Source: Epithemia pelagica
Taxonomy: Eukaryota > Protista > Bacillariophyta
DNA: 64,000 bases
NCBI GenBank assembly: GCA_946965045.2
Contig: OX337236.1
Span: 868,001 to 932,000, forward strand
Direction: 5' to 3'
Positions 49,501 to 59,907 of this stretch are shown here, piece after piece. Position numbers and translations under genes: made by a program. The notes below the pieces were generated by a model that ran no database searches, had not been told where the DNA came from, and worked only from the letters and a program-made list of their open reading frames with translations. Position 1 is the first letter of the stretch, and each line of letters starts with the position of its first letter.

Positions 49501-51171
49501 GGTCGTCCCAGAGGTCGTGGTCGTGGTGGGTGCATCGGGGGCCAAAATACTTCTCTGACTACTGGAGGTATTGGCATTGCGAATGATATCTCGCATCCGA
49601 TTAATGTTTCGAATCAACTCATCGTAGTCAGCTTGCAATAAGGATTCTTTTGAACATCCGACAACTCGATCAGTCAGTTTCATATCATCATCTTCGTCAA
49701 TAGTTTCCAAATCCAAATTCGATTGCCAATTCATGGGTTGGAAAGCCAAACTAGACATGGCCCCCTCGTCACCCTCATGGATGGTGATCGAGTTCACTGT
49801 TGTATGTCCTTCTTCTTCTTGTTCGCCTTGTTCTTGTGGCTCGTCCAAATCCGGGCCATTGAGGGGAATGGTCGTAAAGGGTGCTGTCGCAGCACCATCA
49901 TCATTTTCGTTCTCCCAAACAGGTACACCATTGTGAGACTTGAGGGTGGTGGTAGTGGCCGTCGTGGTTGCCGATCCCGGTGCGAGTGGTTCATGTTGTG
50001 TGGCTACTTCATTGGTGAGTACCTCCAGTCCATTGTCGGCACAAAAATCTCCAAAATTCTCGACATTGTGTCCGGTAAAGTACAGGATATCGCCGACATT
50101 AAGGACAAAGTCTTGCGAGACGGCCCGATGGACATTGCCCGTGGCGGCACGATGGACACTGACCAAATAAATACCACCGGTATCGCGCAATCCCGATCGT
50201 TGGACGGTCCGATTGACTGCGGGAGACCATTGGGTCAAGCGAGCTCCCAACAAGAGTTCATCGGCTTCGGCGGCGGCATCGACAGTGTCGTTCCCACCGG
50301 GCAGTAAAAAGGGAGAAGCAATCAAAATGTAGGCTACACCCGCCATGGCAACGGGGACACCAAACTGTCCCAAATCAAACAAACCAATGCTCACGGGTTC
50401 TTCGTCTTGTGTCGTACCGTCGTCATTGTTGTTGTTGTTACCACTGTATCGTTCCTCCAACAATCCAGTAACCACCAAGTTGGTGCTGGTTCCAATCAAG
50501 GTACAGGTACCACCCAAAATACTGGCAAAACTGAGTGGAATGAGTAATTGTTGTGGCGATTGACGTATATTTTTGGCCCATCGTTGAACAATGGGGATCA
50601 TGACAACCACGACGGGTGTATTGTTCAAAAAGGCAGACACGAGGGCAATGGGGATCATCAATCGCAATTGTGCCGATGCCAAATTTTTGGGATGTCCCAG
50701 CAATTTTTGCATGTACCAATCCAAGGCACCTGTTTTGCCAATGCCTTCTGCCACGACAAACAGAATCATGACGGCCCACAAACCTTCATTGGCAAACCCC
50801 TCCAATCCTTCTTTGACCGATATAATTTGGGACGCCAAAAAGGCCGTCAACGATGCCAACATGATGGAATCGGCTCCAAAACGATCCGAAATCAAGGCGA
50901 GAAACATGAAACACAAGACCAGCGATGTAAAGGCAATCTCCCATGGTTCATTGTCACCATCATCTTCTTCTTCGTCGTCATCGTTACTGTTCAACCATCG
51001 GCGCACAAAGGTTGGCATACGACCCAAACTTGTCGTTGTTGCCGTTTCACACGGACAGTACGGATAGTTCAAGAAGGACTCTTGCATGAGTGGATCCGTG
51101 GGATACTCGTAGGAATCATAGTTGTCTGTTTCGCTATGGCCCCTCTCAAATTCTAGTTCAACCGGTTCCAT
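46513..51171 (-). CDS. SLC13/CitMHS-type anion transporter (SLT/SAC1-like putative Na+/sulfate cotransporter) with four TrkA-C (RCK_C) domains and an ACT-like domain (1,552 aa)
   Basis: [47 protein letters not shown] and [30 protein letters not shown]. Four TrkA-C-like segments (e.g. [29 protein letters not shown]). The substrate is inferred only. Confidence 0.88.
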   Translation of the reverse strand: [1552 protein letters not shown]

Positions 51172-51845
51172 GGTGGTGTTGACTCAAAAAGACTTGTCTT
51201 GTTGTATATAATATATAAATGGTGGACGTGCGAGTGTCAAGAAGCAGTGCATGTGCTTTCACACCATCGAATGCCTTCCTGTGCAGAGTTTGGTTGGCAC
51301 GACACAGAAATGTCGTGGAGAAAACGACACAACCACACACCTCACGTACAACAAAACCAATCAATCGTTTGTTCCTTCTCACGAGACGAAATGGTATGAA
51401 ATTTGGAACGTGGTGACGTTTGCGGCGTCCTCGTCCTCCAGTCTGGTTGCGTCTCTCGAGTGCAAGTGGCACAACAAAAAGCAAAACGTCTATTGGAATG
51501 CACGTGACAACAGTCTGTTCACTGTTCACTTCTTCATTCCATGAATGGGTGTCCGATCGAAAACTTGTAAGTTTTGGAGCTCATCTGTTGTTGTTCCAAA
51601 GTTTTACAAGGGGGCCCGCGTGTGTTCGCGTTCGTCGAGACGAAGGTGTGACATGGATGACACATGACAATGACACCACCTGTGACATGTCTTCGGTCGA
51701 ACGCCGACACGGTGACGGTGACGCACGACATGCCTATCGAATCGCTTCTAAATCGCGTTGCGTACTCGATCGGCTTTGTGGCTGTAACCTTAGTTACTCA
51801 TAGCACTCTCCTACCTAGAAGGTATCCCATTTTCGATCCACTGCT

Positions 51846-52727
51846 CCAACCTAGAAGTATTCTTGGATGTCCAAGACAATGAAAAGGTCACCATGATCGT
51901 CGGCACGCCTCTTGGATAGGTGTGAGATATCCTCTCCATCGTTCCCCAGAGACTCCATGGATTGTCGAGTAAATTCTCAACTCTTTTGCGCACTGGAACG
52001 GCAAACAAGGGAGCCATTCATCGAGTCTGAGCTCCCAAAGGAATTGTTGGCCTCCACTACAGACAACAATTGCTTGGATTGTTATTGCGCACATGCTTCT
52101 TGTGTGGCTTTATCATCAACACAAAAGAAGATGGTTTCAAGGTGATGATGATGATGATGGTCTTGTTTGGTACAGGAAAATGGTCGATGTGGCATTTCCC
52201 GATTCGGGAATCTCCCACGTTTGCGTGGGAGGAATCGACGACAATCCCCAGGTATTGCAAACCACCTTTAAGTGTGGCAAACACGCCAACCTAGAAGTAT
52301 TCTTGGATGTCCAAGACAATGAAAAGGTCACCATGATCGTCGGCACGCCTCTTGGATAGGTGTGAGATATCCTCTCCATCGTTCCCCAGAGACTCCATGG
52401 ATTGTCGAGTAAATTCTCAACTCTTTTGCGCACTGGAACGGCAAACAAGGGAGCCATTCATCGAGTCTGAGCTCCCAAAGGAATTGTTGGCCTCCACTAC
52501 AGACAACAATTGCTTGGATTGTTATTGCGCACATGTTTCTTGTGTGGCTTTATCATCAACACAACAAGATGGTTTCAAGGTGATGATGATGATGATGGTC
52601 TTGTTTGGTAGAGGAAAATGGTCGATGTGGCATTCCCCGATTCGGGAATCTCCCACGTTTGCGTGGGAGGAATCGATGACAATCCCCAGGTATTGCAAAC
52701 CACCTTTAACTGTGGCAAACACGCCAA
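51846..52727. repeat. tandem duplication, 440 bp + 438 bp, bounded by CCAA microhomology
   Basis: Copy 1 is 51846-52285 and copy 2 is 52286-52723. CCAA occurs at 51846, 52286 and 52724. The unit includes the last ~50 codons of the adjacent methyltransferase. Confidence 0.95.
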
Positions 52728-53423
52728 TAATTCCACCAAGTTGGCTTGGAGTAATTGAATCGATTCCGGCAACAAGTACAAACAGAGGACCGTGGGCACC
52801 GGCCACCGTCTTGTTGTTGTTGGTGTCGTAGGATCTTTGACTTGTTGGACCAATTCGTCCAGAACCTGTCGTAAATCTTGTTGGACAATGCGAGGGAGGG
52901 CTGCCAGTGGTTTGTTGGTGCTGTTATTGTTGTTTTCAAAATGGTCGTGGTGCAATTGTTGATTTATGGAACGAAATTTGTCAATCAAATCGTCTTCCAA
53001 TTCGACACCGACAATGGTTCGACATTGATAGTGGGCCCAGGCTTGCAAACACAGTCGACCATCGCCACATCCCAAATCGTACACAACATCGTCGCGCGTC
53101 AACTGCACGTGTCGAAACATGGTATGCAAGGTTGCAATCGACGTTCCGCAAGGGGGTGCCAAGGAATCCCCTTCCATCCAAAATCCAGCTTGCAACGGAT
53201 TCGTCGGCTGAGAATCGTCGTCCTCGTCCTCGTCCGTGTCGTCCGTCGTGAGAGGACGCTTGTCGTCCAACGCAATTCTTTCTGGAACAGTTTGGGGGTC
53301 GCCCGTATCGTCGTGTGTAGAGTCTGCTCCGGACAAGAAGACAAAGTGCGTGGGTCCATTGTAATCGCAATAGCCGGTCAAGTTGCTCATGGTCGACACA
53401 AAGTTTCGTTCCACAACAGTCAA
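52575..53423 (-). CDS. class I SAM-dependent methyltransferase (282 aa)
   Basis: DSLAPPCGTS, DDVVYDLGCGDGRLC (motif I), VGVELEDD (motif II) and VLCLYLLPE. Confidence 0.88.
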   Translation of the reverse strand: MTVVERNFVSTMSNLTGYCDYNGPTHFVFLSGADSTHDDTGDPQTVPERIALDDKRPLTTDDTDEDEDDDSQPTNPLQAGFWMEGDSLAPPCGTSIATLHTMFRHVQLTRDDVVYDLGCGDGRLCLQAWAHYQCRTIVGVELEDDLIDKFRSINQQLHHDHFENNNNSTNKPLAALPRIVQQDLRQVLDELVQQVKDPTTPTTTRRWPVPTVLCLYLLPESIQLLQANLVELLACLPQLKVVCNTWGLSSIPPTQTWEIPESGNATSTIFLYQTRPSSSSSP

Positions 53424-53567
53424 TGGTCATTTTTCGGGAGTCTGTCCCTCTGTCACTATCTGTCACATCGGTTTGGTAAAAGCCGGGTTTCTTTGAAGAA
53501 AAGACGTCAACAAAATCTTGCAATTTTTGCAATCGACTAAAAACAAAATTTTCCAGTGGATTGGACC

Positions 53568-56500
53568 ATGGAGATAGTCAAGAACAACGAGCAGGAATAT
53601 GGACACAACAAGGAGACAAGAAGATCAGGATTCGAAGCTTCAGTCAGCATGGAGACAAAAAGGGTGAATCAAGCCATGAGTGCATGCTTCAAACCCAAGA
53701 AACAGGCACTTGGGTCTCACAGAATTCTACAAAATGGGAACCGCTTGTCGTCATACCATAACAATTCCAGGACCAGAGCCACCCGTCGTGTCTTGTCGTT
53801 GTTGCGATTGGTGGTAGTAGTGACAGTCTTGTGGTTTGTGACGGGTTCCATACCTGTGGTACTGGTGGTGGCTCTGATTGTCAACACAGACGACTCTCCA
53901 AGGAGGACTACTTCCACATGTCAACCAACTACTACGGCCGGTTTGTCGTATCGTCGTCCTCCTCTATGGAACTGCGTGCAACGACGACAACGTCCGAAAA
54001 GAACAACAAGATTACCATGGGAACTATCCAGATCACAATCTCCTTTGAATGGCCTGCCAAATGAACATACAGAGGGCGATGGACATGATGACGATCCTGT
54101 ATTGAGATTGTGGGACTCGTTGGACGATGTTGCATCGTTCTCGTCGTCCACAGCCACACAAGCATCACTAGACAGGGACGTTTTCAATGACAAGGACGAC
54201 GACGAATGGTTGTGGTCAACCACTCCATGGGAACACCTGGATGAGACAACCCATGAAGTGAACTGGTTCTCCAACGACAATTACCCACACGAGAAGAACA
54301 ACCACCATGACACGGATACCAGCACCTCCTTGTCCTTGACACAAGTGTTGGACGATTTACAAAAAGCGCGTGTTTCGTTTTCTCCAACGGCGTCACGATC
54401 GGAATTGATTCACTTGTGGCAACAGCAGCAACAACAACAAAATCAGACGACGGTTTCCTCCACCCTCGAACCCGACCGAGCACCACTGACAACCGAGCCA
54501 CCCAAACAACCAAAGCAACCAGAACAAGACGTTGAAGCACAGGAACTACTTCCAGAGCAACAACAGCAACCGCAATCACAACAGTTCCAACCGCAAACAC
54601 AACCACAACAACAAGAAGCGCAACAAGAAGAAGAACGTCGTTGGCGTCGTGAACAGCGACGACATCACAACAACAACAAAAAGTCTACCGTTTCCAATGC
54701 GGCTGCTTCCCTTGCCTCTTCATTTGTTGGTTCCTCTCAGTTTTCTCGACGCGATCGACCGCGCAGCCAATCCCAACCAATGGGTTCCATGTCCAAGAGC
54801 AATGCTCGTCGTTCGTCATGTCGTGAATCCAACCATCGAGATAGAACCACAACATTCAGAACCACCACCACGCCAGCAAGACCATCAACACGAGCCGCAC
54901 CGCGCACAACAGGACATCAGGCCGCTCCCATGTCTACCGACACTGCCTCGTCGTCTTTGCCATCCCCATCCGTATCGTGGAGGACGGTAGCAGCCACTCC
55001 TTCCTCTTCACCAACCAAAACCACCACCAACAAGAGAGTGTCGGATCGGGTCGTCGATACAACGATAGAAACTCCTTTGCACCCTTCTGATACGGGCCAC
55101 TGGTCGCCGTCGTCGTCCTCCCTCCCGGGTGGTCATCGTCGTCGTCGTTCCTCACCGCCATCCTTTACCGATGCCATTGTCGTACCGGCATCCATTGTCA
55201 CCGATACCGACCATAAGGACAAGGACGACGACAACAAGGATGATCGTCCTGTTGAGGATGGCGATGCAGACGACGAGAGAAATCAGCGAACCATGCCCTT
55301 CACCGCAAGGGCGACCCCCATGCAAAAGGAGAGTTTTGTGCACAAGTCACGAGAGATGGCGTCAGCACCACACCATGATTCTGTGTTTACCAAACAAGAC
55401 ACAATGCCATTGCAATCGGAACCAACTGCAACGGATACGAAACGATCGTCGTCGTTGTCCGACAAACCCATTTATTCTCCCTATGCGACGACATCGTCCC
55501 CTCTTAAATCATCCGTTCGGGACTCATCCGTCACGAGCTCGTCGAAACTACCCTCCTTTTTTTACTTTTTCAAGAGCAAACCACGACGACAACAAGGACA
55601 CGAAAACATCAAGTCTCACAATCGAGACCAAACCAAGAATGGGACATCTTCGTCTGTTCCCGCTTCGGATCATCAACGACCTGACAGGTTCCAAACCAAC
55701 AACGATCAAGACAATGACCATGAATCGTGGAATGTCGTGGAACTGGTCGACTCGGTAGATCCGGTTGTGCACATGTTTACCCAGGCGGCCGACTATGTCT
55801 TGTTTGGAGCCTTTGAACGACAACAACAACAATTGCAACAGCAGCAAAAACAGAAACGGCCAACAAAAGTGGTTGTGGAACATGACCCGGATCAACAATG
55901 GTCACAGGCATACCGCACGAGTGACAGCAACGATAAGAATGACAGTCAGCGAAACCCAGCCATGAACCAGCCAAAGAGTAGAACGGAAGACGACAAGGAT
56001 ACCGATCCACGTCTCCATGTAGGTGACAGGAACAAATCGTCTCGCTCGTCTGCTCCCAGCGATCGAATGCAATCGCCTACTTCACCCAAACAACGTCTCC
56101 GACGTCGTCAATGGGAGGAACGATTGGATAAACTCATGGGGATTCACGAAGATGGTTCCTTTTACAATTCCTGGATCTCGGACGAACCAGACGGGGAGAG
56201 CAACCGGAATGACCAAAGTGATCGGAAGAGCCGCGACGGTCGGAGAAAACAACGACGTGGTTCGGAGCTCTCTCCAGACAATCTTGATCCAACTCGATCG
56301 AGAACAACAAGACCAAACTATTCTGATTCTGATTCCACCCCGCCTCGTCGTCGCCGCCGCCGCACCAGGGACGAACAACATTACAGCAGCCACAGCAATG
56401 TCGATCAACCGCTGTGGATGCGGTCCCTCAATCTTCCACTTGATTACTACAACAACAACAAGAACGATCAGGATAGAAACCAAGGATTCTTTTTGACATC

Positions 56501-57098
56501 GCTCTTGTTCGGTGGTCAGCAACAGAGGCGCCACTATCCTGGAGGACTCTTTCCATCCGAGCAAGAAGAACGGCTGTCCGACCGGCACGACAGCAACGGC
56601 TATTCCCAGCCAGTGGATCGGTCTCCCTTATCGTGGTTGGATCGATCGTTCTTGTCTGCCTCCAGCTCGAAGAGTAACAATCAGTATTATTCTCCTCGCA
56701 GTGGATCCTCCAATTCGTTGCAACTCTTGAACGCGTTGGGTGTTGTGGGTCGATTGGGATCGAATCTCGTGCGATGGGCCAGTGTACGTGGTACGCTTCC
56801 ACCTCAATTGGTATGGGTCACAACGGGCATGGCAGCCTTGATGGGACCCAAACATCCCATTCGATCCATGGTTCTCTCCTTGCTGTTGATGCGGGTCATG
56901 GGTGAGTGGCTCGTGGTCACCACGAACATGGACCCTGTCGAACACAAGGATGATGCGGCCTATTACCAATTCTCGTCGGACCATGGCAACCCTTCCGTTC
57001 CTGGAGAAAACCACCACGACAGGGATGGAACTTTTCAGTCACGGCATTCCTCACAAATACACCAACAGCACTATGACGACGAGGTTAAGAATGAATGA
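53568..57098 (+). CDS. large low-complexity protein with N- and C-terminal hydrophobic segments (~1,176 aa), unknown function
   Basis: Long uninterrupted ORF with an N-terminal TM (LLRLVVVVTVLWFVTGSIPVVLVVALIV), Q/S/T/R-rich tracts and C-terminal hydrophobic helices. Confidence 0.7.
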   Translation: MEIVKNNEQEYGHNKETRRSGFEASVSMETKRVNQAMSACFKPKKQALGSHRILQNGNRLSSYHNNSRTRATRRVLSLLRLVVVVTVLWFVTGSIPVVLVVALIVNTDDSPRRTTSTCQPTTTAGLSYRRPPLWNCVQRRQRPKRTTRLPWELSRSQSPLNGLPNEHTEGDGHDDDPVLRLWDSLDDVASFSSSTATQASLDRDVFNDKDDDEWLWSTTPWEHLDETTHEVNWFSNDNYPHEKNNHHDTDTSTSLSLTQVLDDLQKARVSFSPTASRSELIHLWQQQQQQQNQTTVSSTLEPDRAPLTTEPPKQPKQPEQDVEAQELLPEQQQQPQSQQFQPQTQPQQQEAQQEEERRWRREQRRHHNNNKKSTVSNAAASLASSFVGSSQFSRRDRPRSQSQPMGSMSKSNARRSSCRESNHRDRTTTFRTTTTPARPSTRAAPRTTGHQAAPMSTDTASSSLPSPSVSWRTVAATPSSSPTKTTTNKRVSDRVVDTTIETPLHPSDTGHWSPSSSSLPGGHRRRRSSPPSFTDAIVVPASIVTDTDHKDKDDDNKDDRPVEDGDADDERNQRTMPFTARATPMQKESFVHKSREMASAPHHDSVFTKQDTMPLQSEPTATDTKRSSSLSDKPIYSPYATTSSPLKSSVRDSSVTSSSKLPSFFYFFKSKPRRQQGHENIKSHNRDQTKNGTSSSVPASDHQRPDRFQTNNDQDNDHESWNVVELVDSVDPVVHMFTQAADYVLFGAFERQQQQLQQQQKQKRPTKVVVEHDPDQQWSQAYRTSDSNDKNDSQRNPAMNQPKSRTEDDKDTDPRLHVGDRNKSSRSSAPSDRMQSPTSPKQRLRRRQWEERLDKLMGIHEDGSFYNSWISDEPDGESNRNDQSDRKSRDGRRKQRRGSELSPDNLDPTRSRTTRPNYSDSDSTPPRRRRRRTRDEQHYSSHSNVDQPLWMRSLNLPLDYYNNNKNDQDRNQGFFLTSLLFGGQQQRRHYPGGLFPSEQEERLSDRHDSNGYSQPVDRSPLSWLDRSFLSASSSKSNNQYYSPRSGSSNSLQLLNALGVVGRLGSNLVRWASVRGTLPPQLVWVTTGMAALMGPKHPIRSMVLSLLLMRVMGEWLVVTTNMDPVEHKDDAAYYQFSSDHGNPSVPGENHHDRDGTFQSRHSSQIHQQHYDDEVKNE

Positions 57099-57447
57099 GG
57101 CGGAGAGAGGCGTTGCTTCAATCATGCCCATGGGTCAACTCGTTGCCTTGCGACTTGCAGTCACAGGTATAATGAAAAGTTCCAAGGCAATGGCTATTAT
57201 GTACACTATATAATGTTATTGAGTATGCTAGCTTGTGCTTTTTCAATATTTTCCTAAAACTGTTCCCGTCTGAGCACCGGGTTGGGATAAGCCCACCGGA
57301 GGTTGACAACAGGCTTGGGATGGGACAATAGGATGTGTATGTGCTTTTTGGTTGAGTTCATGGAGGATCACAAGGAACGAGCGTCCAAGAATGGCGGTTG
57401 AGGGATATTTTCCACCCTGGATGCGTCCAGATCAACAGGTTTGTTTC

Positions 57448-59460
57448 TCAATAATCCAGTAGGATTTCTTCCTCCAGTTCCATGACCTGTCGTTTGCGAG
57501 AGCCCGTTTTCATATTGGGCATACTGGACATGGAGAGGTCCGGATGCTTGTTCTTTTTCTTTCTCGTTTTCTTGTTCTGCTTGTTGTTTGGTACCACCAT
57601 GGAATCTCCCCCTTCCTCGAGTAAGTCTTCCAAATTTTCCGCTTCGTCATAGAGCATGTATTTCTCATCGTCCTCATCCGTTTCGGAATTCCACAATTCC
57701 AACAAATCTTGTTCGGTCCAGACATGTTTGTGCTGGACAGTGTTTCGATCTTGTCCCTCAAACCAATGTTGTTTGGCTCTCATTCCCGGTCGAATGCCCT
57801 TTTCATGAACAATGGCTTGAAACAAGTCATTCCAATCGTCAATCGAGGGCCCCGAAGTCGTCCCACCCCGCAATTTCCATGAAAAATTGGGAATGGCTTG
57901 TTCCACGGCTTCAATGCGCTTCTCTGTCAAGGGACAGGGTATTTTGGGTGATTCTTGGTGTTGTTGTTGTTGTCGCGTGTGTTGCTTGAGAGCTCGTTGC
58001 CGAACATTGTAATAATAGCGCTGCACACTCAACCAGAGTCGCAATTCCTTGTGCGTGGCATCGTGCGGACTGATATGAACATGACCATGTTGTTCGTAAT
58101 AGAGCTTGGCTTGATGCAAGCGACGGTACCATTTGGTTTCTCGAAGATTCCAGGTGAAATTCAAGTCTTGCAACAATTGAATCTTGTCGGGTGTCAAACT
58201 GCTGGACAAGCCCTGGACATGGCGACGATAGGCGGTGCGTTGATTCATGCACCATTGACCCAAGGAAAACCAATCCGAAGGACTATTGTTGTTGCTGCTT
58301 CCAATCGTTGCATTGGCTGGACCGGGCACTGTGGCTAGAGGAGTGCTACCACCACCACCATGTTCAGGGACATGAGCATGTCCATGCTGGGCCACGTATT
58401 GGACCAGTGCTTGATATTGCGTTTGCCAGGCCGTATCGCGGGGTGTTCCAAAACTAAAATTGGCTTGTTGCAATTGCTGCAATCGATGAGGATGGGTGGC
58501 AAAGGTACTTGTCGCTCTTTGTTGTTGTTGATTTTGCAAATGTCGATATTCTCGTTTTTGATTGCGGACCCAGACGGCCACTTCGGCATACTCACTGTTA
58601 CTACTCGACGACGAAGACGACGACGATACTGGAATGGTGGCGCCCGGTCCCCCATGACGGGCACAAAAGTCTTGCCATTGATGAAATCGTTTGTTCCACA
58701 AGGCTTCTTGGACATCCCAGACAAACCCACACTCCTCCAATTGGTCCAGTTTGTCGGCGGGCAAGGCTTTTTTGGAGGATTTGTTGTTGTTGGTGGTGGC
58801 TGTCGTGGGGAGCGGACTGGTACTTGTCGTGTCCTTGTTCTCCAACTTTTGCTGCTGTGGTGCTTGATAATTTTTGCGAATGGAATTGGCCCAGACAAAG
58901 AGTTGGGCATCGTCTTGTTTGGAAACAATGCCATGGCCATGAATACGACGATACTCGTGCAAGCGTTGGACCATTTGTTGAAATTTTTCGTCTCGACGAG
59001 AGAGACCCTTGGATTTGCCATGCGCCGACGAACGACGAGTTGTCGTCTTGGAGGCCATGGAACCACGACGAGGACGACGACGAGGTTTTGGTGATGGACA
59101 TGTCGAGGTCGAATGGGTGCTGCTGCCCATTTGTGTCGGTGACGGGGCAGCAATTCCTTCCGAAATGGGTCGTCGGCAAAAATGCAAGGCCGAAGACGAC
59201 GACGAGGACCACAAGGATTCCTTCCACGGTCTGCCACTAGATCTTGCAGCAGTCCAGGGTAGTATCATGGTAGAGCTTGTACGGGATAGTGTCGTTGTTG
59301 TCGTCGTCGTTGTGGTTGTGGTGGTGGGTGAAGGATGGGGCAAGGGACCTAGAATGCTCGGTCGAGTAATCCGACGGGTGGGTTTCGTCCAAGCCAACAC
59401 CCTGCAGTGCCACACCACAAAGATGCATCGCCACATGGTTTGGAAACTTGCAGCCTTCAT
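57448..59460 (-). CDS. helicase-associated (HA) domain repeat protein, possibly organelle-targeted
   Basis: Four HA-like units (FQQMVQRLHEYRRIHGH..LFVWANSIR; WNKRFHQW..RHG..VWVRNQK; WQTQYQALVQYVAQHGH..LGQWCMNQR; WYRRLHQAKLYYEQHGH..LRLWLSVQR). The first ATG is at 59460. Confidence 0.85.
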   Translation of the reverse strand: MKAASFQTMWRCIFVVWHCRVLAWTKPTRRITRPSILGPLPHPSPTTTTTTTTTTTTLSRTSSTMILPWTAARSSGRPWKESLWSSSSSSALHFCRRPISEGIAAPSPTQMGSSTHSTSTCPSPKPRRRPRRGSMASKTTTRRSSAHGKSKGLSRRDEKFQQMVQRLHEYRRIHGHGIVSKQDDAQLFVWANSIRKNYQAPQQQKLENKDTTSTSPLPTTATTNNNKSSKKALPADKLDQLEECGFVWDVQEALWNKRFHQWQDFCARHGGPGATIPVSSSSSSSSSNSEYAEVAVWVRNQKREYRHLQNQQQQRATSTFATHPHRLQQLQQANFSFGTPRDTAWQTQYQALVQYVAQHGHAHVPEHGGGGSTPLATVPGPANATIGSSNNNSPSDWFSLGQWCMNQRTAYRRHVQGLSSSLTPDKIQLLQDLNFTWNLRETKWYRRLHQAKLYYEQHGHVHISPHDATHKELRLWLSVQRYYYNVRQRALKQHTRQQQQHQESPKIPCPLTEKRIEAVEQAIPNFSWKLRGGTTSGPSIDDWNDLFQAIVHEKGIRPGMRAKQHWFEGQDRNTVQHKHVWTEQDLLELWNSETDEDDEKYMLYDEAENLEDLLEEGGDSMVVPNNKQNKKTRKKKNKHPDLSMSSMPNMKTGSRKRQVMELEEEILLDY

Positions 59461-59907
59461 GGTTTCCGTCACCCGAGCCACGACACACAACCGACAAACT
59501 CACACGACGGTGGGTGTCGCAAGAACACGACAAGAATGTGTTGTGGACTTGTGTGTTGCTGCTCGATACCAGTCGTTGGCGTCTGCTTTGTGTAGGATAG
59601 TTCCGTCCGCTTCGTACGCTACCAAAAACGTTTTGCTCAATGGGACACTGGCAAAACTAAACTGATACAGCCATCTTCGTGCAATGATTGGCAAAGGGAT
59701 GACGATGTGATTATCCTGATGAAATGGAAGAATGGTTCGCTCTCGACTCTCTGTGATGATGGTCTGTGCGCGATGATGTTTGCGGAGCGCTATCATCCGG
59801 CGGCCAGACGGTTCTGCGACCACATGACGTCAGAATAATGGGTCGCGGATAAACAGCGGGAGCGCGATCTTTTCTCAGGACGATCTTTTGGGGAGAATAC
59901 AAGCAAG

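Noticed and set aside
49723-51156. Plus-strand ORFs (194 aa, 202 aa) opposite the transporter
   Set aside because: Antisense shadows.
52137-52457. Chimeric 106-aa ORF ending in the methyltransferase C-terminus
   Set aside because: A by-product of the tandem duplication junction; it lacks the SAM-binding core.
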